Positions 31,356-44,420 of a DNA stretch of 64,000 nucleotides are shown piece after piece. A model generated the notes under the pieces. The model made no database searches. It was not told the DNA's origin and was given only the letters and a program-made list of their open reading frames with translations. Made by a program: the position numbers and the translations under genes. The stretch comes from the human T2T-CHM13v2.0 reference genome, Homo sapiens, in assembly GCF_009914755.1 (NCBI RefSeq), contig NC_060930.1; one strand, 5' to 3'. Numbering within the stretch: position 1 is the stretch's first letter; each line of letters opens with the position of its first letter.

Positions 31356-31994
31356 CCCTCAAGCATGCAGGTACAGAAAATACGTTTATAAGAAGTGAGG
31401 AGGGAAATGTCAGGGAACCATTGCTCCTCCTTCTAAGAAAGCCTGATATCAGTCCACTCACTCTGTCTTATTCTCCCACTGCAAGTCCTGGATACATAAT
31501 CTTCCACCCCCTAACCCCCCCACACACTAGATAGACACATGGATGACAGATAGATAGATACATAGATAGATAATAGATAAGACATTTCATCCTGGATAAA
31601 ATGTATTTACCTAGACGAAGTCAGATTTTAAATTTATATCAAGACAACTATGAAAGTGATGAGTCACAAAAGGGTAGCCCGTGTGTGTCACAGTGGAAAA
31701 GAAGGAAGTGGAAGAGAAGAACAGTTATGTTCCTCTGTGTAGATGAAGGGGGAGTCTCAGAGAGGCAGCATCTCTCTTTTGAAGACATCTTTATTTTTTT
31801 TTTTTTCTGAATAGCCCCATCCTTGAGCCATTGCAAATACCAGCAGCCCAGGACCTTCAAAGAGTGAAATCCAGAATAACATGTATTAACTCTATGTATT
31901 GATGATTGTTAGGCTTTTCTCAGAAAGATTAGGATATCTTGTTCAGAATCACAAGACAACTGCAATAGCACCTGGGGAGAGAAATAAAGACCAG

Positions 31995-32300
31995 GGATGG
32001 ACACGGTGGCTCATACCTGTGATCCTAGCACTTTGGGAGCCCAACTCAGAGGATTGCTTGAGCCCAGAAGTTCAAGACCAGCCTGGACAGCATAGTGGAA
32101 ACCCTCTGTATCTACAAAAAATAAAAAATAATAATTAGGTGGGTGTGCTGGTGTGTACCTGTAGTCTCAGCTACTCAGGAGGCTGAGGCTAGAGGGTTGC
32201 TTAAGCCCAGAAGTTCAAGGTGGCAATGATCTATGATTGTGCCACCGTACTTCAGCCTGGGTGACAGAATGAGACCTTGTCTCTAAAAGAAAACAAAAGA
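31995..32300 (+). mobile_element. AluJ
   Basis: Dimeric Alu, J-type; TSD ATAAAGACCA at 31984-31993 and 32302-32311. Confidence 0.93.
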
Positions 32301-32548
32301 TATAAAGACCATCAGTTGTCACAACCAATGCTGTAATCCATCAGTCTCCAAAGTGGCCTGGGTTCACTCCAGGGGGCTCTCAAATAATCCACTTGGGTGC
32401 AGGGACAAAATATCAGCACTTCTATTTCTATTTAGGTTGTCACATAAATGATAAAAAAATTAGGGTTCAAAAATATGATTGTATATACTGATGCTGCTAT
32501 CTTCACTTAGTTTGTCCCATATGATATGATATGGTACAAGAGGGAGTA

Positions 32549-35022
32549 TATATTAGTCCATTCTCATGCTGCTGTAAAGAACTGTCTGAGACTGGGTAAT
32601 TTAGAAAGGAAAGAGGTTGAATTAACTCACAGTTCCACAGGGCTGGGGAGGCCTCAGGAAACTTACCATCATGGCAGAAGGAGAAACAAACACATCCTTC
32701 TTCACATGGCAGCAGGAAAAAAATGAAAACCGAATGAAATGGGAAGCCCTTATAAAAACCATCAGGTCTCCTGAGAAGTTACTCACTATCATGAGACTAG
32801 CATGGGGGAAACTGCCCCCAGGATTCAATTACCTCCCACTGGGTCCCTTCCATAACATGTGGGGATTATGGCTCCACCCCTGCAGCAAACTTCTGCCTGA
32901 ACCTCCAGGCATTTCTATATATCCTCTGAAATCTAGGTAGAGGTTCCCAAACCTCAATTCTTGACTTTTGTGTACCTGCAGGCTCAATACCTCGTGGAAG
33001 CTGCCAAGGCCTGAGGCTTGAGAACTACAATTCAAGATGAGATTTGGGTGGGGTCACAGCCAAACCATATCATTCCACCCCTGGCCCCTCCCAAACCTCA
33101 TGTCCCCACATTTCAAAACACAATCAGGTCTTTCTAACAGTCCCCCAAAATCTTAGCTCATTCCACTATTAACTCAAAAGTCCAAGTCCAAAGTCTCATA
33201 TGAGACAAGGCAAGTCCCTTCCATCTATGAGCCTGTAAAATCAAAAGCAAGTTAGTTACTTCCTAGATACAATGGGGGTACAGGCATTGGGTAAATACAG
33301 CCATTCCATATGGGAGAAATTGCCCAAAACAAAGAGGCTACAGGCCCCATGCAAGTCTGAAATTCGACAGGGCAGTCATTAAACCTTAAACTTTCAAAAT
33401 TATCTCCTTTGACTTCATGTCTCACATTCACATCATGCTGATGCAAGAGATGGGCTCTCACAGCTTCAGGCAGCCTCCACCCCTGTGGCTTTGCAGGGTG
33501 TAGCCCTCCTCCCAGATACTTTCACCAGCTGACATTGAGTGTCTGCAGCTTTTCCAGGAGCACAGTGCAAGCTGTCAGTGGATCTACCATTCTGGGGTCT
33601 GAAGAATGGTGGGCCTCTTCTCACAGCTCCACTAGGCAGTGCCCCAGTGTGGACTCTGTGTGGGGGCTATAGCTCCATATTTCTCTTTTGCACTGCCTTA
33701 GCAGAGGTTATCCATGAGAGCTTCAGTCCTGCAGCAAACTTCTGCTGGACATCCAAGCATTTCAATACATACTCTGAAATCTAGGCAAATGTTCTCAAAC
33801 CTCAATTCTTGACTTCTGTGCACCTGCAGGCTCAACCCTGCATGAAAATGGCCAAGGCTTGGGGCTTAAACCCTCTTAAGCCATGGCCTGAGCTGTACCT
33901 TGGCCCCTTTTAGCCACGACTGGAGCAGCTGGGACATGGGGCACCAAGTCCCTAGGCTGCACACAGAAGGGGGGGTCCTGGGTCTGGCCCATAAAACCAT
34001 TTTTTTCTCCTAGGCCTCCAGGCCTGTGATAGGAAGGTCTGCTGGGAATATCTCTGACATTTTCCCCATCATCTTGGTGATTAACATTTGGCTCCTCGTT
34101 ACTTATGCAAATTTCTGCAGCAGCCTTGAATTTCTCCCCAGAAGATGGATTTTTCTTTTCTATTGCATCATCAGGCTGCAAATTTTCCAAACTTTTATGC
34201 TGTGCTTCCTCTTGAACACTTTGCTGCTTAGAAATTTCTTCTGCCATATATCCTAAATCATCTCTCTCAAGTTCAATGTTCCACAGATCTCTAGGGCAGG
34301 GGCAAAATGCCATCAGTCTCTTTGTATAACAACAGTGACTGTTACTCCAGTTTCCAAGTTTCTCATCTCTGAGATCACCTCAGCCAGGACTTTATTGTTC
34401 ATATCACTATCAGCATTTTGGTCAAAGCAATTCAACAAGTCTCTAGGAAGTTCCAAACTTTCCCTTATATTCCTGTCTCTGAGCCCTCCAAGTCTCTAGA
34501 AAGTTATAAACTTTCCCACATTTTTCTGTCTTCTTCTGAGCCCTCCAAACTGTTCCAAACTCTGCCTCTTACCCAGTTCCAAAGTTGCTTCCATATTTTC
34601 AGGCATCTTTATAGCAGCACCCAACTCTCTGTGGTACCAGTTTACTATATTAGTCTGTTCTCCTGCTGCTATAAAGAACTGTCCAAGACTGGGTACTTTA
34701 GAAAGGAAAGAGGTTTAATTGACTCACAGTTCTGCAGGGCTGAGGAAGCCTCAGGAAACATACAATCATGGCAGAAGGGGAAGTAAACACATCATTTTTC
34801 ACGTGGTGACAGGAAGGAGAAAAATGAGAACTGAGCAAAGGGTAAAGCCCCTTATAAAACCATCAGACCTTGCGAGAACTTACTTGCTATCATGAGAACA
34901 GCATGGGGGAAACTGCCCTTATGATTCAATTACTTCCCACCGGGTCCCTCCATGGCATGTGAGGATTATGGGAACTACAATTCAAGATGAGATTCAGGTA
35001 GGGACACAGCCAAACCATATTA
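32549..35022 (-). mobile_element. Complete THE1D-like MaLR provirus (LTR 32549-33072, internal 33073-34645, LTR 34646-35022)
   Basis: Two LTRs ending ...gccaaaccatat(c/t)a; THE1-internal ORF remnant MAFCPCPRDLWNIELERDDLGY; TSD GAGTA/GTGTA. Confidence 0.93.
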
Positions 35023-36638
35023 GTGTAAGAAACTATGGTGCAGAGGCCTTGACAGAGGATCTCTCACTCATGCATTTGCTTTCAGGGTATCACAACCTTT
35101 AAATAGATTTTTGGTTTTAAGACTAGCCATTACTAAATGGATCCATAGTAAAAATCTTACATTAAAAATAATACTAATAAGATAGGTGCAGTGAAAATGA
35201 GAAAAAAAATATAAGTTAATCAGATCTTCCAAGAAGCTAGCCAATAAAAATTTAAATTATTAAAGACAATTTGAAATGTGTACTTATAACCACTACCTGT
35301 TTAGAGAGCTTTGCCTTTAGTATACAACACTTTATTTCCTGAAATATTAGCAAATAATAGTATGAAGATGCCATGATCAACAAGACATTTATCAGTGAAT
35401 TTCTATGACATGATGTCAAATCTCTGCACTTTTTAGAAACAATGTTCAGAATAATGCACTTTAACCAACTGAACTTTATGTTTCTTTTGAAGTTTCTTAT
35501 TAATTAGCAAATGTTTAAAAATAAGGCAATGAAATTTTTGATTCAAAAATAGCTAAAAAATAGGAATCAAAAAGGTGGCAAATTAAATTATTTGTCAGTA
35601 AATATTGTTGGAAGGTGCCTGGAAGATTTAAGAAACCAAATTTAATTACACAATGTGTGCTGTTTGCAATACAGTTGGATGAAAGAACAAATGTTTGCAA
35701 TTCCTCTCAGTTTATGGTATTTGCTGGATTCCATTTCAATAATGAAATACACAAGTGATTTGTATGAGTCATTAAATAAAAGATATACCAGAGAAGATAT
35801 AATGTCAATAGCTATTTAACTTATTTATTGATAACAATGTTTATAGGAACACTGTAAATTAACTACTGTTAGAACAGGCACTTTGAAACCATAAAAAGAT
35901 TCCAGGGTAAATTGCAGAGATGGCGCTGCATTGTATCCTTCATAGGCAAGTTTTTGCAACAGGAAGGTAAAACCAGTGGTGCACTATGTGCTATAGAATA
36001 ACATAGATGAGGTTAGACCTTATTAAAACAAGAACTTTGAAATATCTTCACACTATTTTCTAATTAGATAGGAGTATATATTTTTTAAAACCTTACGTCA
36101 CTCAGAATACCACTAAATATCTTATTGCAGATACTTTACAAAGGGCTGATAAATTTAAAGGTGACATATAATTATCTTTACAAAAAGACAAGCATTCCTA
36201 ACTTGTTGATCTTTCCTGTGATGACAAAGGCTGTCAGTAGTATTCTGCCCAGCATTAACCAAAAAAGACCACACTAAATATTCTCTTTCAAGGTAAAATT
36301 GATGTTTTTGTAATGAGTGAGAAAGTAATTGCTTTTTGAAAGAAGTTCATTCTGCAGAAAAAAATATTTGGCAATGAATTTGTGGGAGTATTTCTCTGAC
36401 TCAGTGATTTTGTTGCTAAAAGTGGTTTATCACCTAGAAAAATCATTTTAAAGGGCTTGTGGCTAAAAAAGAAATCATTGATATTTTGAACTAATTTGGC
36501 AAAAAAAAGAAACAACCCTAAATGCAGTGCTTTCCACCTAGTTTCCTTGAAACACTGAATGACATCTGGGAAGACAGAAATTTACTGGCCAAATTTCAGC
36601 AACAAAAAAGGATTAAATGGGATTGAAAAGTGAGCATT

Positions 36639-39600
36639 TGGCTAGGTGTATATGTGGAAGAATGAAAGTAGACTCCTACCTCTCACCGTATACAACAATT
36701 AACTCAAGATGAATTAAAAATTTAAATTTAAGACCTCAACAATAAGAATCTGAGAAGAAAACCTAGGAAACACCATTCTGAACATGGACTTTGGGAAAGA
36801 ATTTATGACTGTCTTCAAAAGCAATTGCAACAAAAACAAAAATTGACAAGTGGAATCTAATTAAACTAAAGAGATTCTGCACAGCAAAAGAAACTATCAA
36901 CAAAGTAAACAGACAACATACAGAATGGAAGAAAATATTCACAAACTTTGTATCTGACAAGGGTCTAATATCCAGAATCCATAAGGAACTTAAGCAACTG
37001 AACCAGCAAAAAATAAATAACCCCATTAAAAGACATGAACAGACACTTCTCAAAAGAAGACACCCAAGTTTACAACAAATATAGGAAAAAATGCTCCACA
37101 TCATTAATCATCAGAAAAATGAAAATTAAAACCACAGTGAGATACCATCTCACACCAGTCAGAATGGCTATTACTAAAAAGTCAAAAAATAACAGATGCT
37201 GTCGAGGCTGCAGAGAAAAGGAAATGCTTATACACTGTTGGTGGGAATTTAAATTCATTCAGCCACTGTGGAGAGCAGTTTGGAGATTTCTCAAAGAACT
37301 TAAAACAGAACTATCACTCAACTCAGCAATCCCATTACTGGGCACATATCCAAAAGAAACCAAATTGTTCTGCCAAAAAGATAAATGCACTCACATGTTC
37401 ATTGCAGTGCTATTCACAATAGCAAACACATGGAATCAACCTAGGTGCCCAGCAGTGGTGGATTGGATAAAGAAAATGTGGTATATGTACACCATTGTAT
37501 TAGTCCATTTACATGCTGCTGATAAAAACATACCTGAAACTGGACAATTTTCAAAAGAAACAGGTTTATTGGACTTACAGTTCCACATGGCTATGGAGAC
37601 CTCACAATCATGGCAGAAGGTGAAAGGCAAGGAGCAGCAAGTCACATCTTACATGGATGGTTGCAGGCAAAGAGAGAGCTTGTGCAGAGAAACTCCTGTT
37701 TTTAAAACCACCAGATCTCATGAGACCCATTCACTATCATGAGAACAGCACGGGAAAGACCCACCCCCATGACTCAGTCATCTCCCACTGGGTCCCTCCC
37801 AAAATACGTGGGAATTATGGGAGCTACAAGAGGAGATTTGGGTGGGGACACAGAGCCAAACCATATCATTCTGCCCCAGCATCTCCTAAATCTCATGTCC
37901 CCACATTTCAAAACACAATCACGTCTTTCTAACAGTCCCCCAAAGTCTTAACTCACTCCACTATTAACCCAAAAGTCCAAGCCCAAAGTCTCATCTGAGA
38001 CAAGGCAAGTCCCTTCCACCTATGAGCCTGTAAAATCAAAAGCAACTTAGTTACTTCCTAGATACAATGGAGGTACAGGCATTGGGTAAATACAGCCATT
38101 CCAAATGGGAGAAATTGGTCAAAACAAAGGGGCTACAAGCCCCATGCCAGTCTGAAATCCAACAGGGCAGTCAAATCTTAAAGCTCCAAAATTATTTCCT
38201 TTGACTCCATGTCTCACATCCAGGTCATGGTGATGCAAGAGGTGGGTTCCCATGGTCTTGGCCACCTCTGCCCCTGTGGCTTTGCAGGGTACAGCCTCCC
38301 TCCAGCTGTTTTCATGGGTTGGCGTTGAGTGTCTGTGGCTTTTCCAGGTGCACAATGTAAGCTGTCAGTGTATCTACCATTCTGGGGTCTGGAGGATGGT
38401 GGCCCTCTTCTCACAGCTTCACTAGGCAGTGCCCCAGTAGGGGCTCTGTGTGGGGGCTGGAACCCCACATTTCCCTTCCACACTGCCCTAGCAGAGGTTC
38501 TCCATGAGGGTCCCACCTCTGCAGCAAACGTCTGCCTGGGCATCCAGACATTTCCATACATCCTCTGAAATCTAGGCGGAGGTTCCCAAACCTCAGTTTT
38601 TGACTTCTGCGCATCCACAGGCACAACACCACATGGAGGCTGCCAAGACTTGGAGCTTGCACCCTCTGAAGCCACAGCCTGAGCTCTATGTTGGCTCCTT
38701 TCAGCCATGGCTGGAGTGGCTTGGATGCAGGACACCAAGTCCCTAGGCTACACACAGCACAGGGACCCAGGACCTGGCCCAGGAAACCACTTTTTCCTCC
38801 TAGGCCTGTAATGGGAGGGGCTGCCCGAAAGGTCTCTGACATACCCTGGAGACATTTTCCCCATTGTCTTGGTGATTCACATTTGGCTCCTCATTATTTA
38901 TGCAAATTTCTGCAGCTAGCTTGAGTTTCTCCTCAGAAAATGGGATTTTCTTTTCTATCACATTGTCAGGCTGCAGATTTTCCAAACTTTTATGCTTTTT
39001 TTCCCTTTTGAAACTGAATGCCTTTAACAGCACCCAAGTCACTTCTGGAATGCTTTGCTGCTTAGAAATTTCTTCCACCAGATATCCTAAATCATCTCTC
39101 TCAAGTTCAAAGTTCCACAAATCTCTAGGGCAGGGGCAAAATGCCACCAGTCTCTTTGCTAAAACATAACAAGAGTCATCTTTACTTCAGTTCCTAACAA
39201 GTTCCTTATCTCCATCTGAGACCACCTCAGCCTGGACCTTATTGTTCATATCACTATCAACATTTTTGTCAAAGGCATTCAACAAGTCTCTAGGAAGTTC
39301 CAAACTTTCCCACATTTTTCTATCTTCTTCTGAACCCTCCAAACTGTTGCAACCTCTGCCTGTTACCCAGTTCCAAAGTTGCTTCCACATTTTTGGGTAT
39401 CTTTTCAGCAACGCCCCACTCTCCCAGTACCAATTTACTATATTGGTTCATTTTCATGCTGCTGATAAAGACATACCTGAAACTGGGCAATTTTCAAAAG
39501 AAACAGGTTTATTGGACTTACAGTTCCAGTGGCTGTGGAGGCCTCACAATCATGGCAGAAGGTGAAAGGCAAGGAGGAGCAAGTCACATCTTACATGGAT

Positions 39601-40198
39601 GGTTGCAGGCAAAGAGAGAGCTTGTGCAGAGAAACTCCTGTTTTTAAAACCATCATATTTCATGAGTCCCATTCACTATCACGAGAACAGCACAGGAAAG
39701 ACCCACCCCCATGACCCAGTCATTCCCACTGGGTCCCTCCCAAAATAATGGGAATTATGGGAGCTACAAGATGAGATTTGGGTGAGGACACAGAGCCAAA
39801 CCATATCAACCACGGAATATGACAGAGTCATGTAAAACAAGATCATGTCCTTTGCAGCAATATGGATGCAGTCAGAGGCCATTATCCTAAGCAAATTAAT
39901 GTGGTAACAGAAAACAAAACACTGCATGTTCTCAATTAAAAATAGGAGCAAAACATTGGGTACTCATAGATATAAAGATGGCAACAATAGACACTGGGGA
40001 CTACTAGAAGGGAAAAAAAGTGAGGAGGGATAGGGTTGAAAAACAGCTCTTGGAGTACATGCTCAGTAGCTGGGTGATGGGATCATTCATACACCAAACC
40101 TCAGCATCACACAATATACCCATGTAACAAACTGGCATGTGTACCTCCTGAATCTAAAATAAAAGTTGGAAAAATAAATAAATACATAAAAAAGAAAA
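36639..40198 (+). mobile_element. 5'-truncated LINE-1 (L1PB4/L1PA17-like) split by THE1A
   Basis: ORF2 C-terminal peptide (MNRHFSKED...[10 protein letters not shown]) continues after 39813; 3' UTR taaagatggcaacaatagacactggggactactag; TSD AAGTGA(G/A)CATT at 36628-36638 and 40201-40211. Confidence 0.9.
37496..39808 (-). mobile_element. Complete THE1A MaLR provirus (LTR 37496-37868, internal, LTR 39439-39808)
   Basis: THE1A-type LTR (gagcaagtcacatcttacatggatgg..gcaggcaaagagagagcttgtgcag) on both sides; TSD ACCAT/ACCAC. Confidence 0.95.
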
Positions 40199-40428
40199 AG
40201 AAGTGAACATTGTATTTTGTAAATGCAGCCAATGATACTTCCTCTACATTGAACTATGTATCTTCATGAAGTATTTTTTTCAGCTGTGGCAGTCAACTTA
40301 GTATGAGATCTTTGAAACATTGTATCACAAAGGTTCACACCAAGATTTTCTGTAATAAGTATTATCAATCACATAATTATTTTCCAAAAATGCTCTATTG
40401 TTAAAATTTTGTAGTAAGATGAAATTGG

Positions 40429-41112
40429 GGCCAGGGGCAGTGGCTCACATATCCCAGCACTTTGGAAGGCTCTGCCAGGAGGATGACTTGGGCCCAGAAG
40501 TTCAAGACCAACTTGGGCAACTATGTTAGTCCACTCTCACATTGTTATAAAGAACTACCTGAGACTGGGTAATTTATAAAGAAAAGAAGTTTAATTGACC
40601 CACAGTTCCACAGGCCATGCAGAAGACATGGCTGGGAAAGACTCAGAAAACTTACAATCATGGCAGAAGGGCAAAGGGGAAGCAAGCACATTTTCACATG
40701 ACAGTAGGAGAGAGAGAGCATGAAGGGGGAAGTGCTTCACACTTTTAAACAACCAGATCTCATGAGAACTCACTCCCTATCACAAGAATAGCAAGAGAGA
40801 AATTCACCCCCATGATCAATCACCTCCCAGCAGGTCCCTCCCCCGACACTGGGGATTACAATTCGAGATGAGATTTTGGTGGAGACACAGAGCGAAACCA
40901 TATCAGCAACATAGTGAGAACTCAACTCTACAAAAAAATTAAAAATTAGCCAGGTATGGTGGTACATGCCTGTAGTCCCAGCTATTCTGGAGGCTGAAGT
41001 GGGAGGATCAATTCAGTGTGGGGGGTCAAGCCTGTTGTGAACCGTGATCATACTACTGCACTGCAGTCTGGGCAGCAGACCCTGTCTGAAAAAAATCAAA
41101 AACAAAACAAAA
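40429..41112 (+). mobile_element. AluJ split by an MST LTR
   Basis: Left arm to ...gggcaac, resumes gcaacatagtgag..., right arm and A-tail. Confidence 0.9.
40522..40905 (-). mobile_element. Solo MaLR LTR (MSTA-like)
   Basis: t(a/g)tgttagtcc...gaaaccatatca ends; perfect 5-bp TSD GCAAC at 40517-40521 and 40906-40910. Confidence 0.92.
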
Positions 41113-41245
41113 GACCGAAAAGGGGATTTTTACTATTAATAAATTAAATTCATTATAAATATGTATTGTATCTCTATATGACCTTTTAAATATATGTTTT
41201 GTCTGTTTAATAATGTGCATAATAGAGTAGCACATATATGTACTC

Positions 41246-41329
41246 TTAAACAAATATGCAAATATTAATACCCAATATTTTAACTTTAAACAAATATGCA
41301 AATATTAGTACTCAATTTTAGTACTCAAT
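41246..41329. repeat. 40-bp tandem duplication plus a 12-bp ttagtactcaat duplication
   Basis: ttaaacaaatatgcaaatatta(a/g)tac(c/t)caat twice with period 40. Confidence 0.85.
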
Positions 41330-42474
41330 ATGTTTGCTTAAAAATATTTTATTGATGGATTATTTGATTACAATCAAAACAATTGCAGCCTACTTCCGTA
41401 ATTTATCTATCACGTTACCACCTACACCTATATTAAACCTATAAAAAATAGAGCCATAATATACCTAATAATGCAAAAGCCCCTTTTAGTTCTTTGTCTT
41501 TAAACTCTCCGGAAAAAAAAAAAAGGTGTAATAAAAAGTATATTCTCAATCATGGCAGAAGGGGAAAGGAAATTAGCAAAACGTTTTTGTTAAATTTACA
41601 AGAATTTTTAAAATCATGATATTTTCAGACCTCATAATTCAACTTCTGAGAGCCTGTTTATTCCCAAAGAGATAATCTGAACTGGAGAAAAAAGCTCTAT
41701 GCACTGAGACCTCCTTTTCCACATTCCTTTTAACAAATTAAAAAAAAGAAACTGGGATAAAATAAAACCAAGAATATGAGAATTTTTTACATTAGGAGAA
41801 TAACTTTACATGTTCTCCACTAAATGAAATGATGTGGATGCAATGATGTTTATAGTTATAACAAGGAAAAAATGCTGAACAATGACCTCATCCTTGAAAA
41901 GAGTAGACATCAAAACGAGAACAGAAATGCTTAGATAGGAAGAAAAGACAAACACATTTATATTAAGGTGGCTGCCTTTGAAATATTTCATTTTTTTCTT
42001 TTTCTTCTTCCCTTCAGTGAGCGTGAGTTCTTTTATAATAGAGAAAAAAGAAGTGCCTGTAACCCACATTATCCAAGTCCTTCACCCTGAAAATGCTCCT
42101 GGGTTTCTTAGACTCCAGCCCCACTCCCCAACACCCCACCCCATACCCCTCTGGCCACACACCTGTAGGGATGCTTTTTCTTGGCCCCTCCCTCCCATAG
42201 GGCTCCAGTGCTAAGCTATTCTACCACTGACTGTATTCCTGATGCCCATTAATGTCACAGCTTCCGCATGAAAGTGGAAGACCTTGACATGCCACTAGTA
42301 CTCTGACCAACCCTCCACTTTAAGTCAGACACAGTGATACATCCCTTAAGAAGTGACTACTTGCGATTTCAACCTCAAGGATATTTTTCTCAGCTACATT
42401 GATGTGGCCTAAAAACAAATCATTAAATTGTCAGTGTGCTGTTATTACGAAGTAAGACTTCAAATGGATATCTT

Positions 42475-42830
42475 CAACCACCTATACATCCATCAATTGT
42501 AGGATGGATAAAGCCACTGTGGATGAATATCATATTTATGTAATGGAATACTACATGGCAATGAGAATCAACAACTCAGAGATAACAATATGGAAGACTT
42601 TTACAGGCATATTGTTAAATGGGGAAAGTCAGATCCCAAACTACATTACATATGATTCCATTTATGTCAAGTTCAAAAACTGGCAGCACTGATATACGCT
42701 GTTAGAAGACAGGGCAGTGAGATGGGGAGAAAAAAGGGGGCCTTCTGGGATGCTGGTAAGTTTTGCCTATTATCTCAGTGTCATGTTTACTTTGTAAAAA
42801 TTCACATACGGTCCATATAGTATTCATGCA
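42475..42830 (+). mobile_element. Old L1 (L1ME-like) 3' fragment
   Basis: atggaatactacatggcaatgagaat...tatgattccatttatgtcaagttcaaaaactggca...gggccttctgggatgctggtaa. Confidence 0.7.
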
Positions 42831-43689
42831 CAAGATTACCAAATTGTCTAAAATTTTAATTTTTTTGCTTAAAAAGAGTGACTGTTTGAGGCTACCATAA
42901 CTCACAACACTTGGCCCCACAACATAGAAACATGCTTGTTATCTGTTGGTGAACTCAGTCAAGAATTGCTTGTTTGACCTACTTTTGAAACCCCTGGGTC
43001 TGGCTTCTTTACTTGTTCTTTGGTTTTCATCACCATTTCCTTCTTTCATATTTCACCATGATGTTGTCTTCCCAGTTAGGACCCTTTGTTTCTATAGAAA
43101 ATTATAACTATCCTTTCCATTTAGAAGAGACCTCTCCCAGGTTGTATAGGATTCAGGGTCCTTTTTCTGTTCTACCCCATGACAAGTGTTCCTGTCTAGC
43201 TTGTTCTCAATGGGCAAATTTCAGGTCCTTATATTTTTGCATAAATCAGTAAAATGATAAAATATTATGAGTAGATCTTTCCTCTGTCATTTTGGAACCT
43301 TATACAATTATCCTGGATATGGCTAAAACCTGGATGAATAAGTAGTGATCCTTTATTCACCACACACCAAGAAAAGACCTGTGAGTGTACCTTGAAGGTG
43401 TTCTGATCTACAGCTATGCAGTCTTGGCTTGAGAAAAAAATGCGTACGTATACAAGTATTTGAGACCAGAAGTTCAATTTTTAAATTGGTACACACATAA
43501 ATACAATTTGATTAGTCAGTTCACTTTAAGTATGCTATATTTAGGAATTTTTAATGCAACAATGTTGTATTGTTTGTCTAGGATATCTGGGTTGTTCAGT
43601 GACTCTTTCTTTGTATTTCTTAGTCAAGGTTTGGTCTTTTGTCTATGTTCCCTAACACAAAATACTTCTCCATAACATTTGCCTCACCT

Positions 43690-44420
43690 GTAATCATTTG
43701 CTTTATATCTGTTTGCCCCACTCCTCTCTAAGTCCTATGAGTCTAGGACAATGTCTATTTTATTTGCCACTGACACTAGCACCATATCCAGTCCCAGCAC
43801 ATAATCATCACTAAACAAATATTCACTGAGTTAATGAAAAAAATGAGTGTATTATAAGCACAGAACATGATACTCTTCAAGTCTGAAGTCTGCTTCTAAA
43901 CAATTGCATATTACTGAGCTGATCACTAACCTTTCTGAGCCTCAATATTCCTATCAATAAAAACAGGAGGAGGATACCTGTCCTGCTTACCCTATGGGGG
44001 GCATCATGATGACCAAACAAGGAAATATATGTGAAAACAAAATATTTATTGATATTATTAAGTAAACATCATTTCTAAGGAATGTGTCTGTCTTGGACAT
44101 CTTGGTTTGCCCTAATGCATTGTGAGCTCTATAAATTTAATAAACAGGAAAATTTGCTGTTTACATTACAAAAGGTTTCACCCCAAAACTGCCTCTCTAT
44201 CCCTTTCACTCTACATTTTTTTCTTCATACTATTGATTACTATTTGGAATAGAATGTGTAATTGTCTGTCTGTTTATGTTCTGTTTCCACTACCTAGAAT
44301 CTTAGCTCCTTGAGGAGAAGCATTTTGCTTGGTTCACAGCTGTACCTCCGGTGCCTGCAATGGTTCCTGGTTACATAGTGTGTTGTCAGTGAATATTTGT
44401 TGAATGGATGAACAGAAATT
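43690..44420 (+). mobile_element. Cluster of L2 3' ends (about 43690-43840 and 44180-44415) and a MIR (about 43860-44040)
   Basis: gctccttgaggagaagcattttgcttggttcacagctgtacctccggtgcctgc...gaatatttgttgaatggatgaa (L2); taacctttctgagcctcaatattcctatc (MIR). Confidence 0.7.

Larger units (their letters stand above)
32339..41395 (+). mobile_element. Charlie7-like (Buster-clade hAT) DNA transposon with a decayed transposase, fragmented by nested insertions; own segments about 32339-32548, 35028-36638, 40200-40428 and 41115-41395
   Basis: Left end catcagtctccaaagtgg; degenerate right end aaaacaattgcagcctactt; 8-bp TSD CTGTAATC (32331-32338) / CCGTAATT (41396-41403) with central TA; transposase motifs FAIQLDERTNV at 35663, HCILHRQVFA at 35929, YLHEVFFSAV at 40259. 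Confidence 0.8.

Noticed and set aside
37035-37742. 235-aa ORF as a chimeric gene
   Set aside because: L1 ORF2 C-terminus reading by chance into the antisense THE1A LTR; no promoter or splice evidence
33876-39411. Paralogous ORFs starting MAFCPCPRDLWN
   Set aside because: Known degenerate THE1/MaLR internal ORF present in both proviruses
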